Shown in pieces: positions 23,201 to 32,700 of a stretch of 47,650 bases of DNA; position 1 is the stretch's first letter, and every line of letters begins with the position of its first letter. Both the position numbers and the translations under genes were made by a program. Below the pieces are notes generated by a model. It did not search any database. It worked only from the letters and a program-made list of their open reading frames with translations, and was not told the origin of the DNA. Location: positions 1-47,650 of the forward strand of contig ADNK01002558.1 of the NCBI GenBank assembly GCA_000320545.1, in the 5' to 3' direction. This stretch comes from Bigelowiella natans CCMP2755. Lineage: Eukaryota; Protista; Cercozoa.

Positions 23201-25181
23201 GTAGCTCGGTAGGTGTAGGTAGCTTGTTGTCCGCTAGGTCCATAAACTCTAACGCATTAACGCTTGACTCAGAGGTCCACTCGTCAAGCCGTATCATGTT
23301 CTGGCTGATGGTCCTGCCTGACTTCTTTGGCAACTTAGCAAAGTATATCTTGTGATTGTAGAATGATATGATCCCCCCTAATTTTTCTAGGGCATCCTGT
23401 CCGAGGAGTAGTTCCATGGATAAAGTCATGGCTACTCGGGTCTTGATTTGGGTCTCCGCGTCGCTGCCAGGTATCTGTAGCTTTAGCATTAGCTCACCGA
23501 CGGTCTTCATGGAAGAGCTTCCGTCTGCTTGAGCATATTTACGTTCTTTCTTAGTCACTTGATCCAATAGTCCTAACCTTCTTACTGTGCTTAGGCTTAT
23601 GAAGGACTTCGGCATGCTGCCACTATCCCAAAGGGCAGGTAGTTTCTTGTAGTCTCCGTAGCTGTCTTTAACTTTAACCTTGGTCATAGCAACTTTGATA
23701 GTCCTGTTAGCGTCTTCGTCATTAATGTTGCATACTCCTAAGTTCTTTATGTCGTCTAGGGTCATGGGCTTGTCTTGGTCCTGCGTTGCTGGTACTGCTG
23801 TCTTCGTCGGCGCCTGCTTAAGGTGATCTAATATTCCGTTTATCTGCTGCTGTATAGCATTGATACTGTTCTGCTTTTTGTTCTTATATTTATTGTTCTT
23901 CCCGTTGTTGCTGCCTTGCCATTTGCTGTTGTTATATCCTTGTCCTCTGCCTTTCTTTCTCTTTAACTTCTCGTAGTGTTCGTTGAGCTGCCTGATCGTC
24001 ATCCTGGGTCGTCCTTCTTTCCTGTCTCTGCAGTCTTTAGCGGTGTGTTTCCCTTTACGTGAGCAGTATCCGCAACGTCGGTTACCTTCCCTGTCCTTGT
24101 ACCAGTCTCGCTGCGGCTTAATAGCGTTAATGTTTCCTATGCCAGGTACCTTAGGGCTGGTAAACTTGCGGTCCTGCTCCTGCTCGCGTAGGGATATAGC
24201 CTGCACTGCTGCCTCCATCGTGGTGTAGCCTTTCTCCGTAACGTAAGTGGATTCCTTTATCTTTAACTTGAACTCTTCAAACCTTGCCTGATCATCACCT
24301 GTGTTGTAATTAAAATCATGTAGTTCGTCGATCATATCCTGGAAGCGCGTGGCAAAGTCTCTAACAGGTTCTCTCTCATGCTGCATCATTGCTCTGTATT
24401 TTCTAATAGCCTGGGGTAGGGAGTTAGCATCCTGTTCATTTACAAAAGCCTTCATTATCGCCTCAACGTCTCGTAGCCCACTAACTGTAGTGTGTATTTT
24501 CTCTAGCTGCCTGATCCGGGTCCTGCCTGTCTCGTAAAGGTCCATGGCTTGCTTTATTATAGCTAGCCATTTGAGCTTGTCGTTTTCGGTGGGGTTAGGG
24601 GTAAAGTCGCAGAGTATACTCCTAGCGTTCTTCCACCACCTCCTTGCCTCACCTCTTTTCCCGTTGTATTTCGTTATCATAACCGGTGCTGTTTTAACAG
24701 ACATGAACTGGGTGTTCCGCTGTACCGGCTGCTGCTGCTTGACGGTGCTCTGGGTCGTCCCCCGCGAGGCGCCCAGACCCCCGTCGTTCCTAAACAAAGC
24801 TGCCCACTCTGGAGGTAAGTCTGCTTCGTAATCCATGATGTCCTGCATGATAGCTGCCCAAACATCATGTGTCTGATACTTGTATTCTATCGATACTTTC
24901 AGTTTGGCGTAGTTGCTCGCCCTGGGTCGCAAGGCTCGTAATGCCATTACGACCTTCTTGCTTTCGGCGGCCACGTCCTCGTCGTCCGCCTCGTAGAAGT
25001 TCTCCAGTGCCTCTGCTGCTGCATCTGCTTTCTTAATCCCGGGTGCTGGTCCCGGCGGTGCCTGTGGAGGTGTTCCTCCTCCTTCCTTAGCGTCCGTATC
25101 GCCCTTCCTTTCCTGTTTCTGCTCGTGCCCTTGCACGGCCTGCGAGCCAAAGTCCTGCTGTTCTTCTAGCTGCTGTGACAT
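20208..25181 (-). CDS. Gag-Pol polyprotein, 1657 aa (Gag, zinc knuckle, protease, RT, RNase H, integrase, C-terminal Dam-like domain)
   Basis: CGYCSRKGKHTAKDC knuckle; LWDSGS protease; FVYVDDDII RT; LWTDWS...MTDHKPL RNase H; HHCC and D-D-E integrase after RT/RH gives gypsy order. Confidence 0.95.
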   Translation of the reverse strand: MSQQLEEQQDFGSQAVQGHEQKQERKGDTDAKEGGGTPPQAPPGPAPGIKKADAAAEALENFYEADDEDVAAESKKVVMALRALRPRASNYAKLKVSIEYKYQTHDVWAAIMQDIMDYEADLPPEWAALFRNDGGLGASRGTTQSTVKQQQPVQRNTQFMSVKTAPVMITKYNGKRGEARRWWKNARSILCDFTPNPTENDKLKWLAIIKQAMDLYETGRTRIRQLEKIHTTVSGLRDVEAIMKAFVNEQDANSLPQAIRKYRAMMQHEREPVRDFATRFQDMIDELHDFNYNTGDDQARFEEFKLKIKESTYVTEKGYTTMEAAVQAISLREQEQDRKFTSPKVPGIGNINAIKPQRDWYKDREGNRRCGYCSRKGKHTAKDCRDRKEGRPRMTIRQLNEHYEKLKRKKGRGQGYNNSKWQGSNNGKNNKYKNKKQNSINAIQQQINGILDHLKQAPTKTAVPATQDQDKPMTLDDIKNLGVCNINDEDANRTIKVAMTKVKVKDSYGDYKKLPALWDSGSMPKSFISLSTVRRLGLLDQVTKKERKYAQADGSSSMKTVGELMLKLQIPGSDAETQIKTRVAMTLSMELLLGQDALEKLGGIISFYNHKIYFAKLPKKSGRTISQNMIRLDEWTSESSVNALEFMDLADNKLPTPTELRKKNPGKTIRQITELLDKTPPADDWDIDKGKKYINKILNEKYSDITKPTTKPSSKLTPVKIELKKGYEECIINDPEHRRPEADWEKIEWQINEWAKEGKIEPSNSPWNVRHVLAKIPTYPFFRLAHNFIRHNRVIKRIQTPTPRIDDVIEHVIGYKYYSSLDKNESYMQTPIHKTSRPITAFSSRHRKWHFVVFPYGLSISGDAFSSQNYRAYTHDGMASVLWVFVFVYVDDDIICTNTVVAQIFLLENIFIRFAHFGFTIRLQKCTFLATRIKWCGYYLEQGRITPNPEKVAALQQAPKPKNAKELKSFLQTAAWILRRFSPTYARTAAAFTTAYRKENSVGLSFAKVWAKAGLDAHFDNLIKLCSNTLLNAKLDTTRPATLWTDWSKLGMAAVLTQDQQIIRVWGRACTAAEAKYSPTKGEYKAMTEAQRKLRYYLLSVPSFTLMTDHKPLLGIDRKLEAPNDEYAAMRADTEEFRDKRTVVYAPGDKQLADYFSRLFEKKVPTQVTPMVNAITFEDGDFLPEPEELQHLQEHLDKYKHKHEVLSDRIYVYTNNVRRTYVPRRTRGALLFTAHGPAHVGENHITALLYHYYWPYKLKEIRTYLRGCRCSSLKAAGVATKESSKSRASKKIKARNFLDIVQIDVYKYDGYHYLTFVDVATGKCWVKKIIKVNVAKKNKGLYKQRLTNCYRTWESELQAIPDEVSINKIPKKLHVDNETSLLQLPHPNIDASPVYYAQSNSKVERLHRTLANLSRINSTTPDKIQGLVNDTFTSGGGIKDKEREEGDDNDDDTESEDEKVPYDGRVLKEGQYVRAKVNLRSRNKQDPFWGGVAKVTERKGRKQYYIYDGNRVTLRHISHLKNYDIGEKLLEDVKVNPTVWERAMPCLGPRPKFDVEYGNNKVRVNDDWRMKIVYLGYPGLRNMERVAMKIKDGKYQLLYLAVPDLPFEHWYKVLGDLDAEGWYGHEPKDEGEFWVSDKGDKVREESITWWLVKFRKR

Positions 25182-25197
25182 TGTTAGTCAAATCGTT

Positions 25198-25215
25198 TCC
25201 CGTGTGTGGAAGCCA
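25198..25215 (-). promoter_or_regulatory. Putative tRNA primer-binding site
   Basis: TGGCTTCCACACACGGGA begins 5 nt inside the 5' LTR boundary. Its complement TCCCGTGTGTGGAAGCCA ends in CCA like a tRNA 3' end; the tRNA species is not identified. Confidence 0.6.
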
Positions 25216-25220
25216 AAGGT

Positions 25221-25546
25221 TGTTGCGCGTAAGGTGTTCACAGGCCGAGGCGCTACGTGCACAAGTAGGCAGGGGGGGGGAAAGGCACGTTTGCTTCCTT
25301 TTGAAGAGTTGTGTTTATTTTTATTAAAGATTATATTTTTATTAAATCGTGCACTGCGTAATCATTCGCGAAGCTTTCGCGAATGCCGCCGCACGTGGGG
25401 CAGCACACTTCCGGTGTGCTGCCATGAGTCCCGCCGGAACCCACGTGCCTATGCTGTATTAATATCTACGTTATCTATATTCTATATCCGCGACAACCCC
25501 TTTGTTGTCGCACGTGACTTGTGCCCGCGTAGTGGTACGCGCTACA
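25221..25546 (-). repeat. 5' LTR of the intact element
   Basis: Direct repeat of 19831-20156. Confidence 0.95.
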
Positions 25547-25550
25547 GATG

Positions 25551-26308
25551 AACGCGTTGTTGTCAAGTCGTGCACTGCGTGTTCACACGCGGCCTTTCGC
25601 GAAGCCGCCGCACGTGGGGCAGCACACTCCGGTTGTGCTGCCATGGGTCCCGCCGGAACCCACGTGCCCACACCATGTCAACATCCACGTCATCTGTGTT
25701 CCACATCCGCGACAACCCCTTTGTTGTCGCACGTGACTCGTGCCCGCGCAGCAGCACGCGCCACACCTCCCCCAAGTCACGTGGCTCCTTCCTTCCTTCC
25801 TTGTCCCCTTGGACCTTCATCGCTTTCGGAACTTCACCAACCACCAGGTGACAGATTCCTCTCCAACCTTGTCTCCTTTGTCGCTTGCCCAGAACTCACC
25901 TTCATCCTCAGGTTCACGCCCACACCAGCCCTCTGCATCAAGGTCCCCCAGGACCTCACACCAGTGCTCAAAAGGTGAGTCGGGAACAGCTGGGTGGAGT
26001 GGCTGACACTTTCCGTCCTTCACTTTCATGGCCACCCTCTCCACACTTCGCAATCCAGGGTGGCCTGGCCAGCTAGCTGGAGCTAGGTGCACAATTTTCA
26101 TGCGCCAATCATCACTTGCCCTGACCTTGTTGTCACCACACTCCACATCAAACTCAGGTCGAGGTCCCAAGCAAGGCATGGCTCGCTCCCACACGGTGGG
26201 GTCAATCTTGACGTCCTCTGGGAGCTTCTCACCGACATCACAATTCTTCAGGTGGCTGACGTGGCGCAAGGTGACCCTGCTCCCATCACAGACGTGGTGC
26301 TGCTTCCC
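25551..26308 (-). pseudogene. Old hypermutated copy of the same gypsy family: rest of 3' LTR (to 25765), PPT and Pol C-terminus
   Basis: The 150-aa ORF 25817-26269 aligns with the intact Pol C-terminus, with all Tyr replaced by Cys/His and one 18-nt in-frame insertion. Confidence 0.92.
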
Positions 26309-26748
26309 CCGCGAAGGTGTGCGCTGTGATCACAATGACTACGCACATGGTCAAAGCTGTCAAGTGGCCGATGACCATGTCAAGGGCATCAGTGGATGCA
26401 GCATGCTGAGTGCAAAGAGCGACCACCAGCAGAAGGGCCGTTCCAGCATGCGACGTGGCGGCACAGTTGGACATCAATCAAGTTTTTGGGCAGCAACCAG
26501 TGACACGCTTGTGCGCGTGTGCTTGGCACAAGCATGCGCACGTGCGCGGCAGCACAGCTTGCACATGCACCTGCAAGCTTCAAGGTGCCCGCCAGGCAGA
26601 GCGGTGAGAATGGTTTCTTGTGTGCAATTGTGTGCGTGTCGTGACAAGTGTTTTCAACTGAACAGGGTTTTCATTGAGTTTGCAACTGCTCTCGTTTTGT
26701 TTGGCTGCTGCGGTTGCGCCGGTCCAGCGCCCGCATCAATTTCGCTCG

Positions 26749-27790
26749 GGTCATGAGCCTCATGGCCTCCACGACTGCAAATGGCAAGAAGTTCAATGGG
26801 GACAAGGAAAAATTCAGTCAAGCCCACGAGAGGTTGGGATCGTCCATCAAGGCCATGGGGGTGCATTGCAACCTGCTAGCCTGGCTTTGATGAGACAAGC
26901 TGGCAAGGGGAATTCAAGAATCACACCTGTGAGCAGGATCGTGTTCTGAACAGCATCCCAAGGTTTGACTCTGCAGGATTGGTTCGTCTGACCACGGTGA
27001 CTGAGCACGCAAGGGAGTGCGAGCTGACACGACCAAGGCCGGACGAGAAAGAGAACAATGGGGAGTGGCACCTTGGCCGTCAGGCAGACCATGCGGTCAA
27101 GCATGCCGCGGAGTTGAAATCCCTCCACAACGGCATCTGCGAAAAAGTGCCCAAGATGATCGCGAATGCATGCACCGTCAAGCTGTGGTGGACACCATTG
27201 TTGGTCATGGTGTCCATCGCAATGATGGGATCAGCATGTTCCATCGGATGGGAGAGACATGCGCGGGTTCTGAATCCAAGAACACCTCTCTCTTGTCTCT
27301 GCACGGCAAATTTTTCCGCCTCGAGATGGTTCGCAATGGCAACGACTTGGAGAAGTGCACCACCAAGTTCAGGGAGCACAAGAGCACGTTGGAACTGATG
27401 GAGCAGAAGTCACCGAAGGAACTGATGGCCGCTGTTTGCTTGTCCGGTTTGTCTCAGAGATTTGCAAGAACTAGGGAAACCACATCGGATGAGGAAAATG
27501 GGTCAGACAGCGTGGACAAAGTTGTGCAACGAGTCAGAGCCCACAGCGAGTCATTGGATCACCAAAGAGAGAAGGAGAATGTTGTGCCAGACCCTCCGGA
27601 CGAACCCAAAAGAGGGTTGCAAGGGGAGTCCAAGAAGTTCATGGTCAAGTGTTTCAACTGCGGCATGGCACGTGTGAAGGGAAACCAGCAGGACTTGAAG
27701 AGTGGCAATCCGGCCATTGTGAAACAGACAATCGTGGAACAGTGTGACTGTCAGCAACGTGACGGCGACGCAATGCATCTGCTCTGACTG
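26749..27790 (+). pseudogene. Decayed Ty1/copia-like Gag remnant, TpA-depleted
   Basis: GGTCATGAGCC resembles a TA-to-CA converted copia PBS (GGTTATG[A/G]GCCC). It is followed by GKKFNGDKEKF, FFRLEM...LEKCTTKFREH...AVCLSGL (UBN2/gag-like) and a truncated knuckle KCFNCG. Confidence 0.6.
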
Positions 27791-27929
27791 TGACTAGGAA
27801 CCTCCTGAAGGCCATCTAGCCATGTCCACATTGTGGTGGTCCAGGGAGCACCCAGCAGCAACACTGCGAGGAGCGTTGCGTTTCCACAGCGCACGAGCGT
27901 CGTGCGACATTGAGAGAACAATGATCGAT

Positions 27930-29726
27930 GTCGCAGAATCAAAACTGGATCTACATCGTCTCCTTTGGTCGATATCATCAAAACGCATGTGGTTTTCTTC
28001 TTGCGACGAGAAGATTGTCGTTAGTTGCCTTTCCATAGACGAAAACACCCGCCCCCTTCCCTCCCCTGAGTGAAATGGAAACAGGGCTGGCTTGATACGT
28101 GATGGATACGCCGCTTCTCTCCCGCTGGAGGTAACGTACACTCTGAATTCATGTTGGGAAAGCTTTCGATCTGTGAAAGTCTTCAGATACGAGCCTCCAG
28201 GTAAAGGACAAGAGAAGCATTCTGTCCGTTTGCTCTCACGGTTGTTTTAATTTCGAATGGTCTCTGCAGGATTCTTTACAACAACCAGATATGTTGGCCC
28301 GTTCAAATCTGGATGTTCGCCTCGTGTCTGGTAGTTATTGTGCCGATGGTGTAAGATCCTTTGTTCTGAGTGTAAACGGGATCGATCAAATTGCAGGCGA
28401 TGCTGATATGGGACGTAGTCCGACATCATGGATTCGGTGACATGGTAAACATCAACCCCAACAATATGCAGATGCATCATCATTTTACAATCTCTTTGAA
28501 AAATGTGACAGATCCCAATATTTTGTCGCAGGTGAAACCCTTTGATGACTTATACGTGGTGAGCCGGCTCCTTGTTAACGCTTTCCACTCGACTCTCATT
28601 CAGCAACCCTGATAACAACACAGGTGTTGGATTACACGTTATGCGTTCTGTTGTTGATGGAGGTCCTTGTACGTGGAATCGCGGTGCAGGTCTGTAAATG
28701 AGCTGCTCATGTATAGAAAAGCTCCCATCGGTGAGGTGGGACACAATATGCGAGCTCATTCCTTTGCAACAAATTAATTATCTACAGGAAAGATTCTTCA
28801 GAGAGTGCGTCAATTACATCGATATGGTCTGTTATTTTCAAAAAATGATGCAAAGTTCCTCTCATATAATCGATGTTTCATTGTAGTTTGTGCTAGCTCT
28901 TCTGTTCGCAACGAATGTGGTAATGCACACGCGGCTGGATCGTTACCTCGGCCGGAATAAAGCGAGGTGATTTTCCCCCATGACATCTATTATTATTCAC
29001 TTCTGAAGACGTCGCTAAGCGGTATCATCAATGATTTTTTGAACATATGATCAGGAATATCTGGGTGCTAGGCATATACGCGGTGCGATATGTTGCCCAG
29101 ATCGTGCGCTTGTGCATGGTGTGGCACGAATCCAGAATCCAAGCTCGGTAATAGTTGTCTCTCTTAGATTTATGTTTTCTGCTCACAACTTGTCCGCTTC
29201 GCTTACTTGGAGCGGCGGTGAACTCACGTGGAGTATCGACGTAGGTTGCATCAAACTGCCAATGAATTGAAAGTAAGAATGCCTGGAATGGAGGAAGTCT
29301 CGGGTATTGAAAAGGAAAAACCTTTAAAAATCGCTTCGAAAGCAAAAATAACGTTTGTTCATATATCTATAATATATAGGTGAAATCACTGAAGGGGGCT
29401 CCCTTCTAGACACTCATGAGAGAAATCATCCAGGCTACCACTCATTCGGTGGCAATGGTGACGACCCCATTCTCCTTGAAAAATATGGAGCAACTTTCCA
29501 GAATCGGATTAGAAAAATACCAGAAGATACGCAGCCACAAAATGGATTATCTGAATCCTCATACGATAGAAGAAAATCAGCCGCGGTAAGTCTCTACTCA
29601 AACAATGATTCTGTTCTCAATTTATGACTGATATTGTCGTATCAGGATGCAATGGCGGTTGCATTTGATATAACGCCTCTGGACTCTCCATCGGGTAGAA
29701 GCTGGGGAGATACTCTTAGCTCATAG
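27930..29726 (+). CDS. Unknown multi-exon membrane protein; 5' exons uncertain
   Basis: GT-AG-bounded exons give ERFFRECVNYIDM|FVLALLFATNVVMHTRLDRYLGRNKAR|NIWVLGIYAVRYVAQIVRLCMVWHESRIQAR and a hydrophilic tail ending ...GRSWGDTLSS*. Confidence 0.45.
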
Positions 29727-29749
29727 ATTCATCAATTAAATCGAATACG

Positions 29750-31260
29750 CAAATCATATAAGATGTGGTATGTTTAGACACATCAGAAGAGGCAATGTAG
29801 AATGGCATTCGGCTGTCGTGACGAAACAAATACATTTCATTAATATGCATGTATGGTAGACAGGTCTAGACGGACTAACAAATCGTATTTGAATACACAG
29901 AATACTGTTTTTACGTGCATTGTCTGTATCCTGCTGCGAGTGTACATACACATAGAGCTAGCGTGTGTGGAGTTAGTAGTATGTGTACGCATGACAAGCT
30001 ACTACGTGCGATACACTAGCTACACCACACACAGCCACGGATCGCTGGTCATGCTAGTACCTCTAGATTGCCGTACGTACACATATGATGTGGCCGTACT
30101 AGCGTACACACATTATATTTACATATATGTGTAATGCATAGCCATTCGCACACATGCCCAGCTAGATGCAAATTCGAAACCATTCGATTGAAGCTGGAAC
30201 GGAGAAAACCGTTCATTAGCAAATGTATATTATAAATGTTCATTCAAATAGAATATTGTTGTGCTGCAGTGCTGCGCGGCATGCAAATGTTGCATTCGGC
30301 ATTTCTAGCTAGATTTGCTTGCATACATCATATGCATTGTACGTTGCCAGCACTCTGGCCGCCGAAGGCGTGTCTGTGCCGCGCTGTGCACTGCTAGACT
30401 GGGAAGTGCTGTCGTTACGATACACTGTTGCATATATGCCCAATAACGTAGTTGCACATAGATCAACGTCACCATCACACCTATGATGAAGACGCGACGT
30501 GTCGGGCAGCTCATTCCACTAGTCCAGCGCTGCTTGTTGGCATGCAAGACTAGAAGAGAACATGCCTACGCTTTTGACAATGAACCTATAACTCGTCCTA
30601 CTCCACAGCTCTTAGAGCTAGCGAACTGCTTGCCCTGCAGCCTGTCGCACGCCTTGCCTGTCTAGCTGTCTAGCTGTCTAGCTGTGCTAGTGTGCTAGTG
30701 TTAGAACTGCGCAACACATGCTAGCATGTATGTGCGCAAATATACAAATCTAAACATCACACATAACAACATGTTGCACAGCTACATGCATGAGGATGAC
30801 TATTTTAATTGAGCTGTTACATCCATCTTATGTGCTTATGTGCCGTAGACGCCATTGTTAGATTGTCTACTCTAATACTACGTACTAGCATAGTAGACTA
30901 GCTACTAGCTCATGCTAGCTAGCATACACTAGTACCCGATTAGCTGCAATGCGCTGAGATGCTGCCATATACGAGCGAGAGCCAAGCATGCCGGAGATAA
31001 AGCACGCATGTATTCATGCGCATACGATGTGCCGACCTCCTGCTCTAGTCCTGCGCGAGGTCACGTTCGTTACAGCTCTGACGGCTTCGCATGCTATCTG
31101 CGCGGCACATCATTATATGTACGTAGGCATGTGTACCGCTGCTAGGACACATGTACGACATGATGCAGCAATCAGTTTACAACACTTGCTCATATCGTCA
31201 TCTAATAAGACATTCAACTTCTTGCGATACTGTAGTATCGTAGTATGTAGATCACTTATC
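29750..31260. repeat. Decayed repeat island rich in CTAG/GTAC/CTAC and CATG
   Basis: Tandem TCTAGCTG/GCTAGTGT units at ~30660-30703; contains the GGATG...CATCC core at ~30794-30824. Confidence 0.6.
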
Positions 31261-31294
31261 AGCTTGCGGTATGGGTAGCTCAATCAGCAGACTT

Positions 31295-32208
31295 TTAAAG
31301 ACCTCCGTGCGAGTGGCCATCAGCATAATGATGAGGACTCACATGCGCATGGGAATGTCCACCGTGGTGGTGATGTTGTCCAGCCTTCAGCTGGCTCGCG
31401 ATTACTGTCTGCTCGGCCGCCTGTTGTGAAAAAGAATCACCAATTATACCTCCACAAGAAAGATAGGTATTGCTAAAACTTCCCCCCCAAAAATCCTGAT
31501 GAAAACTACAAGTAAAAGAATGTGATATGTGCGCAAGAAGGCCGACCGTTTGCATAAATTTACACTCCTCTAATTCTTAGCTCTCCTTATAAACTCGACA
31601 CCAGCCAGATGCCGTATCGACATACCTTCATTCTCATCAGCACTGGAACTAAAACCCCGGCAGTCACCCCGATAAATGCACCTGGAAAAGATTCAGTTGT
31701 TTATTACGTGTGGCATCATAAGCAAGAAAGCAAATGGAGCGGAGTATCATGCGGTGACGTAGGAAGAATACGTGAAAATGCTAGAAAGTTGCGTGGTTGA
31801 ACCAAGAATGATTCTCTATTTGCTCAACATTAAGGAGGGAGATCAAACAGAATGTTTACAGGAATTTAATTTCGAACGGGATTGCTTGGGAGGGGATAGT
31901 TTACCCAGTGGAGCAATGTTTGAGTACGCCGAGTCAATTCCGTCCATTACGCCCAGGGATTGGGTGGCTGGAACTGCAGTAGCGTGCGATTCCGCCGGTG
32001 TGACCATGTAGGAACCCGATAGGTATGATTTGATACCCGGTTTCGAGCACATTCTGACAGCACTCCTGCGATTCATCGAAGCGACCACTGGCTTCGAGAA
32101 GGAGGCTACTGCCCCCAATCCGGATGAAGGTCCTGAGGCCAGCAAGCTAGCGAGGGAAATGAGGAGGATCCCACAGGAAGCAATAACTAGGAGGGTCTGC
32201 GCGCGCAT
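31295..32208 (-). CDS. Small plastid-targeted protein with His-rich C-terminus (~184 aa; exons 32208-31905, 31681-31626, 31569-31547, 31495-31450, 31420-31295)
   Basis: All four introns are GT-AG and phase-consistent. Signal peptide MRAQTLLVIASCGILLISLASLL plus a Ser/Arg/Ala-rich transit-like segment. Hydrophobic GAFIGVTAGVLVPVLM. Tail QHHHHGGHSHAHVSPHHYADGHSHGGL. Confidence 0.7.
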
Positions 32209-32700
32209 GGGGCTGAGTATGAATGTGCTCGAGATGAGGGGGGGCCAGGGTTGGCAACCGAATACTTTGGGGAGATCCAAGTCGCGTCGAGCAAATGAAC
32301 GGGCGATTCCGCCAGAATCGGCTGACCGAATTATTATTTAGGATATTTTGGGGATAGATACCCTCTCAGAGAAAAAGGGCCACTGCTGACTGGGTACTCG
32401 AACTATGTGGTACCCCGCTCAAACATTCATCCGTCCCAGATTGAATGACGGTATTGAAAACCGTGGGTATTTTTGTGCTGCGACAGCGCTTTGGGACATG
32501 CGCGGGACAGAAATGAACGGTGTTTCCGCTTGAACGTTGTGAAAGTACTCGGAAGGGAGAGCAACCGCTGCAGTCAAACCACCCCCTTCTCTTCGCCCCC
32601 GAATCAAGGTAATTGTAGCGATGAGGTCGCGTCTGTGTGAGTGGTGGTACAAACACTGGTGCTACATTTGTATCTGATTTGCACACATTCGGCTAGGAAG
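32209..32700. promoter_or_regulatory. Putative bidirectional promoter between the His-rich gene and Ni-SOD
   Basis: 492 bp between divergent start codons; no repeat island inside. Confidence 0.5.

Larger units (their letters stand above)
19831..25546 (-). mobile_element. Intact, recently inserted Ty3/gypsy LTR retrotransposon (5716 bp)
   Basis: Apparently identical 326-bp LTRs with TG...CA ends. 4-bp TSD GATG at 19827-19830 and 25547-25550. PBS-like and PPT sequences; single Gag-PR-RT-RH-IN ORF. Confidence 0.97.

Noticed and set aside
25551-26308. Classical RIP (CpA to TpA) acting on the intact copy as the explanation of the differences
   Set aside because: RIP would create TAA/TAG stops in a 1657-aa ORF, which is intact. 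The TA-free copy has an implausible Tyr-free, Cys/His-rich translation, so it is the derived one.
25471-27981. Dense cluster of overlapping 60-250 aa ORFs on both strands
   Set aside because: Artefact of TpA loss: no TAA/TAG stops can occur. Only the Pol remnant and the Gag remnant have recognisable homology.
31843-32280. ORF start at 32280 (MDLPKVF...)
   Set aside because: The upstream start is a non-ATG codon. The ATG at 32208 puts the signal peptide at the N-terminus and is preferred.
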